From the NCBI GenBank assembly GCA_973895155.1, contig OZ316896.1:4006738-4070737 (forward strand): a DNA stretch of 64,000 nucleotides, given 5' to 3'. Source of the DNA: Marsupella aquatica (lineage: Eukaryota; Plantae; Marchantiophyta). Below, one piece after another: positions 12,282 to 24,077 of this stretch; position 1 is the stretch's first letter, and each line of letters opens with the position of its first letter. A program made the translations under genes and the position numbers. Under the pieces are notes generated by a model that did no database searches, was not told where the DNA came from, and saw only the letters and a list, made by a program, of their open reading frames with translations.

Positions 12282-12875
12282 GGATCGTGGGGTGATTCTT
12301 ATAGTAGCTGGCCTACCAGATCTTGCCACATAAGTAGATTTATATTTGGTAAATTTGCACCGTATTTTTGGGTGTATTTGTACACAGGTATAGGATGACA
12401 AGGCAGCAGGTGCACGTACCTTAACTAATCTCAGCCATTGAAATTGACGGTCAGATATTAGGCACGGGGAGCTTTCGATCTGGTCCATTCGATTGAGTCA
12501 ATCAATGGCCACATTAATTCGATTGAGTCAATCAATGGCCACAATCCTTAATGTATGTTTATGGCCGCCTCCTCCTCCTTAATGGGTATTTGAGCTTCCG
12601 TATGCCTCCCTGTATATGCGGGTCGACATACCGTCGCTCTAATATCCCATTAAGAAGCATGTCGCTCTAATATCCCATTAAGAAGCATGACGAGTAATGG
12701 CCACAATCCTTAATGTATGTTTATGGCCGCCTCCTCCTCCTTAATGGGTATTTGAGCTTCCGTATGCCTCCCTGTATATGTGGGTCGACATACCGTCGCT
12801 CTAATATCCCATTAAGAAGCATGTCGCTCTAATATCCCATTAAGAAGCATGACGAGACCGTAAATATATACATTA
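12282..12875. mobile_element. 594-bp insertion specific to duplication unit 2, flanked by TTAA, containing a tandemly duplicated ~165-bp MITE-like hairpin
   Basis: Unit 1 reads ...cca-ttaa-ctattaccc; unit 2 reads ccg-TTAA-[insert]-TTAA-ttactaccc. 12535-12695 is repeated at 12697-12856. Imperfect ~50-bp TIRs: taatgtatgtttatggcc...cttaatgggtatttgagc versus gctctaatatcccattaag...gaccgtaaatatatacatta. Confidence 0.65.
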
Positions 12876-13612
12876 TTAATTACTACCCATTCGGCCATTC
12901 GATTCCGCTCACCTGTACAATCATATTTACGAATTCCGAAACGTCTAGAATTGTTCTGTTTGAGAATGTTGCGCTCCATTATTTAGAAGCAAGAAACGTG
13001 GCAGGTTTCCAATTTTGCTGAATTTGTTTCCCTCGATCAGTGATGCCTATCCCTCTCCGGCCCTCCCACTGCGAACCGATCAGAAGACTCGAAGGCTCTG
13101 AATCTCCTTCCTTTGCATTCTCTTTTGGCGCCGCTCCACTCTTCTCGAGTTTGGTTTTTGATGAAGTGCGAGGTTTACAGTCCGAGCTTTCAACGTCGAA
13201 ATTGTTACTTTGCTTTCAGGAACATTAGGTACTCCCTTCTTGCATCACCTTCCCCTGCATTGTAGCTTTACATTTGCGCCGGCTCTTCTTCTTGCGTTTA
13301 CATTTTGATGAAGTGCGAGCGTACGTTCCTAGCTTTCAACGTCGAGATTGATATTCTGCTTCCAGGAACGTAGTGTCCTCTTTCGCTGGCGAACTTGGTA
13401 CATTCCTAGCTTTCAACGTCGAAATTTACGTTCTGCTTTCAGGACGTAGTGTCCCCTTTGGCGGGCGAATTTGGATGTGAGCTTGATAAAGGGATCAGAA
13501 GTGCTTGTCCGAGACACCTTCCGTGACCGTGTCTGGTCGTCCTTTGCAGGCCTGATCAAGATTCCGCCTCGAGTGCTTTTTCTCAAGGTGAACAGACTCT
13601 GAGCATCTCAAG

Positions 13613-14272
13613 ATGACCGCCTCCGAAAACTATCTCGTACGCATCACTCTCGCTCGTATCATGAATCCTGCAATCTCTCGCACCCTGTCCGTTCCCAAGA
13701 ACACGACATTTCACAAGTTTCATGAAGCAATACAAATTGCCTTCGATTGGGCCGGTTGTCACCAATACAAGTTCGATGTGCTGGAGCCGTGGCCAGCTAA
13801 TAGCTATCGCACGAATCGCATTACTCTTCTGAGCTTGAAGGAGAGCCCGGAGCTGAACGACTGGACAACACCTGAGAATAGTATCAGAGTGACGTTACAG
13901 CAAGTGTGCGACGATCCTCAATATGCCGGCAGCCGGATGCGGTACTTCTGCGAATTCGCTGACAATTGGGAACATGTGATTGAGAACATTGGGACAGAAA
14001 GCGGGAATGGGAAGATCAAATGTGTTGCCGGTGAAGGGCATGGCCCTGCGGAGGACTGTGGAGGGATGTGGGGCTGGGAGAATCTCAAGTCTGTGTCTAG
14101 GAGAGTGTTGGCGGCAGTGGATCGAAAAGCAGCAATCGAAAGTTTGAACGAGGATGACCGGGGTGTGATAAAATGGTTTCAGAATGATTGCAGCAATGGT
14201 GACAGTGCGGGGTTGGATCCTAATCAGTGGAGCATGGATGATATCAACGCTCTTTTATCAAGTGAACTATGA
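13613..14272 (+). CDS. Plasmid pRiA4b ORF-3-like (MM3350-like) protein, copy 2, open frame (fungal-like)
   Basis: 219-aa ORF with RTLSVP..TFHKFHEAIQIAFDW..CH..KF, DNWEH, CVAGEGHGPAEDCGG..GW and C-terminal CSNGDSAGLDPNQWSMDDIN. Confidence 0.85.
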   Translation: MTASENYLVRITLARIMNPAISRTLSVPKNTTFHKFHEAIQIAFDWAGCHQYKFDVLEPWPANSYRTNRITLLSLKESPELNDWTTPENSIRVTLQQVCDDPQYAGSRMRYFCEFADNWEHVIENIGTESGNGKIKCVAGEGHGPAEDCGGMWGWENLKSVSRRVLAAVDRKAAIESLNEDDRGVIKWFQNDCSNGDSAGLDPNQWSMDDINALLSSEL

Positions 14273-17200
14273 ACACTGTGAACACTGTGAGTCACTCTAA
14301 ATTCAGGCGGGAGTCCAGTTTGGTTTCAGTAGTTTTTGTAGCGTACACAATTTGGGAGGCAAGTAGCCACTCTAAATTCAGGCGGGAGTCCTGTTTGATT
14401 TCAGTAGTTTACGTAGCGTACACAATTTCGGAGGCAAGTAGAATATGCTGCTTATGCAACGTTGAAACAATGTGAACCGGAGGCCGCAACCAGCCGCATT
14501 CGAAGCAATCTTAGCCGTGTACTATTCTTTAGTAGGGTCATTTTCAGATTTCGTTCAGGAGCTCCAAATTGCCGTTGTGAGTGTGTGAGGTCTGTTTTGT
14601 GTTCGAGACTTACGAATCGTGGCGTTTTGGGGATTGTTTTCAAATTTCAAATTTCCTCAACGTGGAAATGTTGTCGTGTTGTTAGTTAATGTCTTGGACA
14701 GCTACTGGGGTTCCGGGTTAATGCGCATCGAGGGAGAAGGTTTTGCAAGCTCCTCCTATCTTGGATTTCGTATGGTGCAGAGCGTCATTTACACAAGGCA
14801 TGAATTGCTATGTCTTTATTTCAAGATTTGCGAATTTTTTGTTTGAGTATTCGAGAGTGCTGGTCAGGTTGGGTCAACAAGGCGCTTTTGTAGTGGCTCG
14901 TTGACCCCGCGTAAAATGCTTAGAAGCTGAGGTCATCCAGGGTTGTGATAGACCTCAGCTAATGGTGACGTGCCTTCGAAACTCTCCCTTGTCTGCGGAT
15001 CTCTCTGAGCTTCGGCTTATTTTGTGAAATATCCGTCTCTGCTTTTGTTTGAGACGAGAAAGCAGAGAAGCAGAGAGAAATTTGAAGGCACGGCTGCAAG
15101 GGCAGGCAAACGCCTTGTAGTTTTTCCTAGCGGCTGACGTAGCCGTACATGGCAATGAGTTGCGGGGCCGGGGACGGGGCCTAGACATTTACTTAAAGCG
15201 CAAGGATCTCAACCACAACGAGTGCCCACCAGATCAAAAATGCGTGTTGTCTTCCCGCCTAGGATGTTGTCGTTGTGCGCCTACTGTAGCCAGCGATCCT
15301 CTGAACACCCATTGCATCAGAGACTTCCGATTATATGGTAGCATTAAAATAGTACCGAGAGTAATTCTCTCAACGTTCTGAATGAAACCGGTTTTGCATG
15401 TGTAGCCAGCCTGACCAAATTCGCAAATGCAAGGGAAGCGTCTAGTGAGGTGGTTAAACTTGTGATCATCATTAGCGTTTCCAGAACTGAAGGTGAATTT
15501 CTGTCACTTTTTCTATCACGTGCTTGTATCTTGAGTTGCAGAATCGTAACGGTTCCTTCCGTAAACGTTTGGTGTTTCCAAAATAAGTCTCGTAGTCCAC
15601 AGGAAGGTATCACACCATTTTAATCGGAGAGCCAAGCCAGTCATAAGCTCACGATGATAGCCGGAGGTACTATCATTTCCGAGTACCTGCAACCTCTTCC
15701 TGTTGCATATCATCTTCCTTCTCCTTCATTACTTCCCTGCTCAAATAAACAGCTACTAGAGCTCCAATGTTCTGCAAGTTCTTTACCTTCGTTGTCCCAG
15801 GAATTGAGGCAACATCCTAACCTGGACATCGGGTCCAAGCGGGGGCAATCTGCCCTGGCATGAAACTCTTTTGTCTGCAGATAGCGGTTCGAGAAAGCTT
15901 TAATCTTTGCCAGATTCTCTGCGTGGAACTTATTGCAAGCCTTGCCAGATACCGGTTTGTAAAATATTAAGCATATAGAGCACAGCTTGTTCAGAATCGA
16001 CAGGTAAAGGTTTCTGCAGGCTAATTTCTGTGCATAGGAAACTGAGGAAACAAAAAAAAGTAAGTAATTGGAATCAGTTTTCTCCGGCTCCCACTCCTTT
16101 CAGTTTTCGAGAAAGGAGAGCCTATAGAGATTTGTCAATGCAGCAGAAGTTTATCAACGATTGACGGCACTCGAACACAATACTGGGCTTAGACTCTCGC
16201 TAACACAATATCCGGTCTGGTCCCTAGATTCTCCTGTCGCTTTTCCATCTACCGCAGTCAATTAAGAAAATGGATCTAAATGAACTGGATGTATTAGTTT
16301 TGAGCAGCCGATTCCAGGCTTTCAGTCAGCAGAATCGTCACATAGTCCTTTACAGGGCCATCTGTCTTCACAAGCAGACTGTAGATGTTTACTACAAAAC
16401 CATGAGACTCGAGATTTAGGCGAAATTGAGTCAATTTTGGCATGAACTTCAGAAGACACAAGGACTTCTCCAATAAGTTATAGTGGCTTCGCTCGGAGTC
16501 GTGCTATCCACATGACGTTGAATCTACGATTCGAACTCTTTGTCCATTCCCAACATAGATTCAGTATTGGTGGCAATCTGTACCTTCTCTCCAAGACCCA
16601 ATATCTAACATCAATCGTTTTGCAACCAGATTGACAATCGGGAGTGTTCTCATTGAAGTTGATCAACCTAGCAGAGAACAACATGAGGTTTTGGTCAACC
16701 TGCTTACGATCTGGAATCTCATGTTGCATTTTGCTAAATGGAACATTCCCTATCCCCAACTTTCTGTTTGAAGTAGTGATCGTTTGCTCATGTCGCTTAT
16801 CAGTTCTTCCTCACTGCCTGTATGTATGGATGTCAAGTTAAAAAGTTAATTGAAAAGACAAGGCTTCCATTGTGTCTCTCTACCAATTTCAAACATGCGT
16901 GAGACATAGACGAAAGAATTTCTCCTACCTCAGTCTCTAGACAAGAACGGTGTCCACGTGACAGCTCTTCCCAAAATTTTATCGTAGTCTTGGAACCCAA
17001 AAGTAGTGCACTACGCTAGTTATATTCGTGTTAGCATCAGTGGAGTTCAGTACTTGACCTATTTCTTGCATATTACTTCTGTACACCAGTAGTTGTTTTT
17101 CACCAATCCAATCGAGCATTCATGTCTCTCTAATCACCTCACAAACCTATATTATTCTTGCATCCGTTCAATGGTCTGGCAAGTAAACTTGAACAACAGC

Positions 17201-17717
17201 GCAACCAGATATCTCCTTTATCTCAAAGTTTGTGGGCTACTGAAGGTGACGCGTTTGCGTTCGTCTTTCGTTTACTTTGTTTTTAACAGCAGAGCAACCC
17301 CAGCCTTTTTTACAGACACCTATAAGACCGATAGCTTTCAATCATTGCCCACACGGATCTGGAAATTTCATTCAATTTTTGCAATTTTGAACAACAGTTC
17401 CATCGGTTAATTTTCTACCGACACGTTCCATCAATCAATGGACATCAATTTAATGCAACAAACTTCTGTACAGGGAGTTGACGCAAATAAAGAAAAACGG
17501 AATGAAAAAGCTCTCTACCTTACGGCAGTAGGCAACCTTTATCCAAGTTAAAAAGCCACATAAGTTGGAAATGCCGTGAAGAATGTCATTACTTTGGGGG
17601 GGGCACTATCTAGACTTCTCCATGTGAAGGGCTCATCAATGAGAGCATCTGGAAAAGATGAAGGGTCAAGCTCCAGAGACCCTGTGTGACATCAATTTTC
17701 AAATACATGATTTCGAA

Positions 17718-19574
17718 CTAATCAGCTCTGCAGTCAGGAGTGGCGGCAGGGTCAAGCTCCATAGATCCAAGTGGAACACCGTGTTCTTCTGTTTGAGAAG
17801 CACCAATTCTATGCTTTGGAATACTGTGAGAAAATTTAACCAGGTCTTCACGCTTAAATGACCTATACGATTCTATTCCGTCTTGTCTGCAGAACACAGT
17901 ATTGAAGCCTTTAACCTTAATCAGCTTCCCAGTTCTCAAACCTTCCTTATCACAAAATTCGCTAAGAATCTCCACCATGTCATACTTGTGTGTACTCCCT
18001 TCTCCTTCAAGTTTGGGACCTCCTGCTGGCCCTATCTCTTGCTCTGGATCTCTATAGACAGACCACACCTGGCCCTTCTTTGGATATACTTTAAGCAGCC
18101 CCGTCTCCACTTGGTCGAGAACAATATGTGAGAAAATTCTGATACTGTCCAGGACATCGGATTTGCCCACTTTAAAATCCCCACAAGTAATTTGAAGGCC
18201 AGTCCTCTTCGTCCATGCGATCTCCTCATCAGTTGCAGAACAAGTGTCCAGCCAATCCAAATGGGCCTTGAAGGGTTTGGTAGTAACCCTCGAGATACGA
18301 GCATAAAACCTCGGCATTCCATCTTGATCATCATAGACTGCCCAAATCTGCCCAGGAAGAATGCCCTTCTCCATTCTGGCAACATCAAAATCGTAAAACT
18401 CAGGGTCGGGAACGGAAATGTCAGAACTAAGATCGGGTACGGGGGAGAAAATCTCTTCTTCTTCAGAAACAGAATCAGGTACGAGTACGGGTAAGGAAAT
18501 CTCTTCTCTTTCAGCTTCCTCGTCACTAAAGTTTGCTCCAACTCCCAGTTTCACACGATCACTACCATCATTCACATTTGGGTTGTCCTTCCCAGAATCG
18601 TCCTTGCGGCGCTGTTTGGCGGGTTCCTTTTCATTCCCCACCACCTCCACCCTAATGAAATATTCAGCACCATCTTTCAATTTGGTTCGCTTGACAAGTC
18701 GAAAGTCTTCCAACTCTGCAGCCACCTGTTTCTGTAATGATTGTATTTTCAAATCATCCTCCTTTGCTTTCCTTTTCATAGCTTTTCTTGCAGACGCATA
18801 CTTCGACGTTGTTGCCCTTCTCTTTTTTTCCAGAACTTCAATCGACCTGGACTTGTCGGCCAGTAGTTTCTGTAATGACTCTATTTCGAGCTCATCTTCC
18901 TCTGCTTTGCTCGTCATAGCTGCTATTGAATATGCGAATCTCGATTCAATCTCCGCAGTTGCTTTCCTCCGTATAGCTTCAATGTTAATATTCTTCTCTC
19001 CCATCTCATCCGTTAACTCCTGTGCTGTCCTCCGTATAGCTTCCATCTCCATAACCTTCTGTCCCATCTCGTGCCTTACTTCCTGTGCTTCTCTCTGCAA
19101 AGCTTGATTCTCTTTCATGACTTTGAACACAATCCCTTTCAGCAGCTCAATTTTCCACTTGTCCACCTCTCCTTTCCTTTGGACAATTTGTGATTCCAAA
19201 CTCTCTCTCAACTGATCCGGTACTAACGCCTGCGCTTTCTTCAGCACCTCAATATGCAAATTCTTCTCCCCCAGATTTATGAGCACGTCCTCTACTCTAG
19301 CTTTTCCAATGCTCCAGTTTTCCGTCCTCTCCATGATCGATTTCAAATGCTGCCTGGCGAGCCGATCATACCGTCTGGGAGTCTCATCTAGCAGCTGTAA
19401 AAGCACGCAAGAGCTCCCCCCTAGCAAGTCCGGATCATCCATGGATGGAGAGAGTCGTGGGAGGAGAACGTCAACTGTGCTTTTCTCAGGCCCTCCTTCC
19501 ACTTTGACATTCACTTGCTTCTCTCGGTCCTCCACCGTTCCCCCATTTGCTTTTGTCGAAGATACATTTGTCAT
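17718..19574 (-). CDS. Coiled-coil protein with C-terminal DUF3444 domain (intronless)
   Basis: 618-aa ORF. C-terminal VPDPEFYDFD...GQIWAVYDDQDGMPRFYARI...CGDFK...FSH...YPKKGQVWSVY...YDMVEILS...FSHSIP...ELDPAATP is the plant DUF3444 signature. N-terminal half is K/E-rich heptad sequence; no J-domain HPD seen. Confidence 0.9.
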   Translation of the reverse strand: MTNVSSTKANGGTVEDREKQVNVKVEGGPEKSTVDVLLPRLSPSMDDPDLLGGSSCVLLQLLDETPRRYDRLARQHLKSIMERTENWSIGKARVEDVLINLGEKNLHIEVLKKAQALVPDQLRESLESQIVQRKGEVDKWKIELLKGIVFKVMKENQALQREAQEVRHEMGQKVMEMEAIRRTAQELTDEMGEKNINIEAIRRKATAEIESRFAYSIAAMTSKAEEDELEIESLQKLLADKSRSIEVLEKKRRATTSKYASARKAMKRKAKEDDLKIQSLQKQVAAELEDFRLVKRTKLKDGAEYFIRVEVVGNEKEPAKQRRKDDSGKDNPNVNDGSDRVKLGVGANFSDEEAEREEISLPVLVPDSVSEEEEIFSPVPDLSSDISVPDPEFYDFDVARMEKGILPGQIWAVYDDQDGMPRFYARISRVTTKPFKAHLDWLDTCSATDEEIAWTKRTGLQITCGDFKVGKSDVLDSIRIFSHIVLDQVETGLLKVYPKKGQVWSVYRDPEQEIGPAGGPKLEGEGSTHKYDMVEILSEFCDKEGLRTGKLIKVKGFNTVFCRQDGIESYRSFKREDLVKFSHSIPKHRIGASQTEEHGVPLGSMELDPAATPDCRAD

Positions 19575-19694
19575 TCAGCGGATCACCTTTGCCAACGCAG
19601 GCACTAGGTTCCTACAGTTGCTGAGAGGCGACAGCTAAATCTTCACGTGAAGCGCCAGAGCTCTCGAGGGAAACAAGCCAACACTCACGATCAC

Positions 19695-20280
19695 AGTTCA
19701 GGATTCGCCAAATCAACAGTTTATTCAAAACCAAACCGTCGTTCTATCCTTAAAAGCTAACAAATGATGACATCAGTCGAACACCAAGCTTGCCCCAACA
19801 CGGTCACGCGACGCCGATTTGCACGATCATCGACAGACTATTCAGGATTTCGTCACCGTTACTGTTCAGCCAAAACTAAGCTGTTCTTCATCCACAGAAA
19901 CTGGGAAACGACGACATCAGTCGAACAGCGAGCTTGCCCCGACACTGTCACGAGACACCGATTTGCACTGTCATCCACAGATATTCAGGATTCGTCACAG
20001 TCACTGTTCAGTCACAACTAAGCTGTTGCTCATCCACAGAAACTGGGAGACGACGACATCAGTCGTACAGCAAGCTTGCCCAAACACGGTCACAGAGCCG
20101 CCGATTGCACTTTCATCGACAGATTATCAGGATTCGTCACCGCAACAGTTTAGGCAAAACTAAGCAGTTCTCCGTTCCACACAGAAACTGGCAAACGACG
20201 ACATCAGTCGACCAGCAAGCTTGCCCCAACACCGCCACAGAGAGACGCCGAATCGATTTTGAACTTTCATCGACAGATTC
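19695..20280. repeat. About 143-bp tandem repeat, ~4 copies, upstream of the DUF3444 gene
   Basis: (a)cgacatcagtcg..cagc.agcttgccc recurs at about 19767, 19911, 20053 and 20197. Confidence 0.85.
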
Positions 20281-20771
20281 AAACGGTAACAGGGCGTTGA
20301 CTGCAACACTTCTTCCTTTTCAGCCTGCGCTTCTCTTCAAACCTTTCCACGCTCTAAAACTCCTCGATCTACCTCGAACCCCACCATCTCACTCGACCCA
20401 AAGAGCTTCTCTTCCCGGGCCACTCAAAATCAAATCAAAACCACAACAACTCATACCTCACTCGTGTTTCAATCAATTCCAATGATTTCGGCAACCTCCC
20501 ACGCTCCAACATCTCTTGGGTACCGTCCCAGACTCCCAGGGTACGACGCTCTATTTAGTGAGGAGCCCAGCACATGGTTTGGACTGAATGAATGATCACT
20601 CTCCAGTCTCCACTCTCCACAGTCCAGAGGTTCCGTGCTTCGAGGCTTTTTTTGCACAGAGCTGGCCCCCCGTCCCCTGCTCCCCGTGCTTGACATGCGC
20701 AATCAAAAAAGCTATGGTGGTCTTTCATCACTATTATTATTAGGGCGTCTCAAAGCCCCCCTTAACAAGAT

Positions 20772-22310
20772 AATGCACTCTATAATGCACTCTCTAAGTC
20801 AAGTATTTGGGGAATTCCCGTAAAAGTTGCACTCTATAAGGAACTCTCTAAGTCAAGTATTTGGGGAATTCCCGTAAAAGTTGCACTCTATAATGCACTC
20901 TCTAAGTCATGTATTAGGGGAATTCCAGTAAAAGTTGTGGAAGCATATTGCTATAAAGAAAGTCTGTGGGCTCAAGACTTGAACCCTAACTTTCCCGGAA
21001 CTGTAGGCAGAAATACAACTCCCATAAAAGTTGTGGAAGCATGTCTAAGTCAAATATTAGAGGATTCACGTAAAAGTTGTGGAAGCTTATCTTAGACTGC
21101 TGTAAAGAAAGTTTGCGGGCTCAAGACTTGACCAGTAACTTTCCCACAAGTGTAGGCATAAATACAACTCCCATAAAAGTTGTTGAAATGTGTCTGAGTC
21201 AAATATTAGGGGAACTCATGTAAAAGTTGTGGAAGCGTAGCTTCAACTGCTGTAAAGAAAGTTTGTGGGCTCAAGACTTTATCCGCAACTGTAGGCAGAA
21301 ATACAACTCCCATAAAAGTTGTGGAAGTATGTCTAAGTTAAATATTAGGGGAACTCCCGTAAAAGTTGTGGAAGCGTATCTTTGACTGCCGTAAAGAAAG
21401 TCTGCGGGCTCAAGACTTGACCCGTAATTTTCCCGCAACTGTAGGTGGAAATCCAACTCTGGTAAAAGTTGTGGAAGCGTATCTTTGACTGCTGTAAAGT
21501 AAGTTTGTGGGCTGAAGACTTGACCCGTAACTTTCCCACAACTGTAGGCAGAAATACAATTCCCATAAAAGTTGTGGAAGCGTGTCTGAGTCAAATATTA
21601 GGGGAACTCCCATAAAAGTTGTGGAAGTCTATCTTTGACTACTGTAAAGGAAGTCTGCGGGCTCAAGACTTGACCCGTAATTTTCCCGAAACTATACGCG
21701 GAAATCCAACTCCCGTAAAAGTTGTGGAAGCGTGTCTGAGTCAAATATTAGGGGAACTCCCGTAAAAGTTGTGGAATTCTATCTTTGACTGCTGTAAAGA
21801 AAGTCTGCGGGCTCAAGACTTGACCCATAACTTTCCCGCAACTATACGCGGAAATCCAACTCTTGTAAAAGTTGTGGAAGCGTGTCTGAGTCAAATATTA
21901 GGGGAACTCCCGTAAAAGTTGTGGAAGTCTATCTTTGACTGCTGTAAAGGAAGTCTGCGGGCTCAAGACTTGACCCGTAATTTTCCCGAAACTATACGCG
22001 GAAATCCAACTCCCGTAAAAGTTGTGGAAGCGTGTCTAAGTCAAATATCAAGGGAACTCACGTAAAAGTTGTGGAAGCGTATCTTTGACTGCTGTAAAGA
22101 AAGTTTGTGGGCTCAAGACTTTACCCATAACTTTCCCGCAACTATAGGCCGAAATCCAACTCCCGTAAAAGTTGTGGAAGCGTGTCTAAGTCAAATATTA
22201 GGGGAACTCCCGTAGAAGTTGTGGAAGCGTATCTTTGACTGCTGTAAAGAAAGTGTGCGGGCTCAAGACTTGACCCATGACTTTCCCACAACTATAGGCG
22301 AAAATCCAGA
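20772..22310. repeat. 150-bp satellite-like tandem array (~10 units); each unit has two copies of CCCGTAAAAGTTGTGGAAG
   Basis: Exact 150-bp period at 21611, 21761, 21911, 22061, 22211; degenerate shorter ~57-bp units at the left edge. Confidence 0.92.
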
Positions 22311-24077
22311 ACTCCGAAAACCAGTGCAACTGAAGGCATGTGGGCATTGTGCCTCACATGGTGATGGTTGCGGCTGGATCAAGCTGCTTATTATTGGAAA
22401 CAAGCAATATTACTTGCCCCAAGTAAGGACATTGAAGCTCATAACTGGTTAAAATTGACCGGTCGTTTTTAGTCTATATTCATATAATTTTCAATGATTT
22501 TCAGAAAAAAATATAGAAATTATTGGAAATTATATGAATATATCAATTACATTTCTATGTAGAAAAAATGTGATATTAAGAAGAATAAATTTTGAAACTA
22601 ATGGTCCATTAAGCACCTTGGAATTGTGTCATAATCAATTTGAAGACCTGCCTAGCTAATTTCTGTATTGTAATTATCTCAGTTTCAGCAAATCGAGAAT
22701 GAAGGGAAAATGAGATATGTTATGAGACAAAGGTGAAACCATAACTCTTTCCTTATGGCGCGGGTCAATGCTACCTCCCCACAATTTTAAAATTACTTAT
22801 CTAGGTATCATCACCAGAGTCACATGATGGACCACAAATCTGTAACTTTTGGTAACGACCCACGCCCAATTGGTCCACCTGAACTTCAAATTTTCTACAA
22901 CCTTTCACTACATTTAGTGATAGGGCATTTCAAACCTCTTGTTTGGCAGAAATCAATTTCAAGTGTCCAGTTTGATGGGTAGGGGATGAAAATGTGTGGA
23001 GTGGACAAAGAGGGCTAGAGTCACTAACTCAGACAGTCAGTGCACTGGCCTCGGCACCAAAATCTGGCCAGTGAGAATGTGTTGCACCTTAACAAAAAGA
23101 CCAAGTCAACTAAACTTTTTTGATGATGTTGACTTGACCCCCGGACTTGTATTGTGACTCATCTCAAACCAAATACACCCTGGGTTAAGTTTGCCCAGAA
23201 GTTGGGTCGAGGATGGAAATTCCGGCAATGGCTGACATAAGTTAAACGTGGAACAAGAGGTGTAAGACACCCTGGCATTACTTTCAAAGTAGTGCTAGCA
23301 ACACTAATTCTCGAGTAAGAAAATCTGCACCAGTTCCCTTGCTGCAGGCTATCCAGGCAACTTTGAGGGGCCAATGCAGGTCAGGACCATCACACCCTCC
23401 CCAAAGAGGAAATGGATTGCAGGGATGGTTGCCATTTTCTTGAGGGGTTATTCCGGGGGTTACCTAAGTAGTGTATTTTTCAAAAACTATAAGCAATCGC
23501 GACCTAATTCAGATACGGTAGTTTCAAAAGAAAATATTCTCTAAATAATACAATTGTAAATTGTGACCTGTTTACTTTATAGTAGAGCAGAAAATATTGA
23601 GGAATGTTCTTTATTTATGTGCTACAAACATCTTCGTTACTTTACTTGCTGTGATTTATAAAACTTGGATCTAAAAAGTATGAAATAACTATTTTGGATT
23701 TTTGGATCACAATATTTTCCAGTGGCTTTAGGAGTTAGGCAACCATTTGGCTATGCATTCTTACAGCTTATGCTTGCAAATTCTGTCAAAGCACGAGAGT
23801 TAGCCGAAAATGTGAACTTAGCATAGGATGTAAAGTTGGAGCAATGCAAGCACATAGATGAGCTTTCTCAGAGTAGGCAACAGGGAAAAAGAATGTCTTT
23901 CAATTGAGTTGGATGTCATATTTGGTGCAAGCTCTGAAATCTCTATTCCGTCACTTCACCCATCATCTCACATAATCAATTCAAATATGCACATAAATGT
24001 ACAGGTGAGAAAATTAGTGACAAAAACTCTGAATAAGTTAGAGATTTTACAATTTTGACCATTCTAGTGATTGTATA

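Larger units (their letters stand above)
8425..14987 (+). repeat. Tandem segmental duplication, two units of about 2.8 and 3.4 kb (about 8425-11238 and 11620-14987), each carrying a pRiA4b-ORF3-like gene
   Basis: Colinear matches: acttgatggaccccatgagtga (8436/11627); aacgagctgtagta..aaccgggctatttgagc (8611/12084); genes at 9806/13613; downstream aaattcaggcgggagtcc repeats (10489/14299); tgacgtgc.ttcgaaactct (11219/14966). Confidence 0.9.

Noticed and set aside
15180-17400. Coding-like composition on the minus strand, possible old pseudogene
   Set aside because: No motif I could identify with confidence; needs a frameshift-aware blastx.
18032-19638. Several 100-229 aa ORFs overlapping the DUF3444 gene
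   Set aside because: Alternate-frame or antisense shadows of a well-supported CDS.
20772-22310. CRISPR-like regular recurrence of GTAAAAGTTGTGGAAG
   Set aside because: The intervening sequences are themselves repeated (two alternating types in a 150-bp unit) rather than unique spacers. No cas genes, and the context is eukaryotic.
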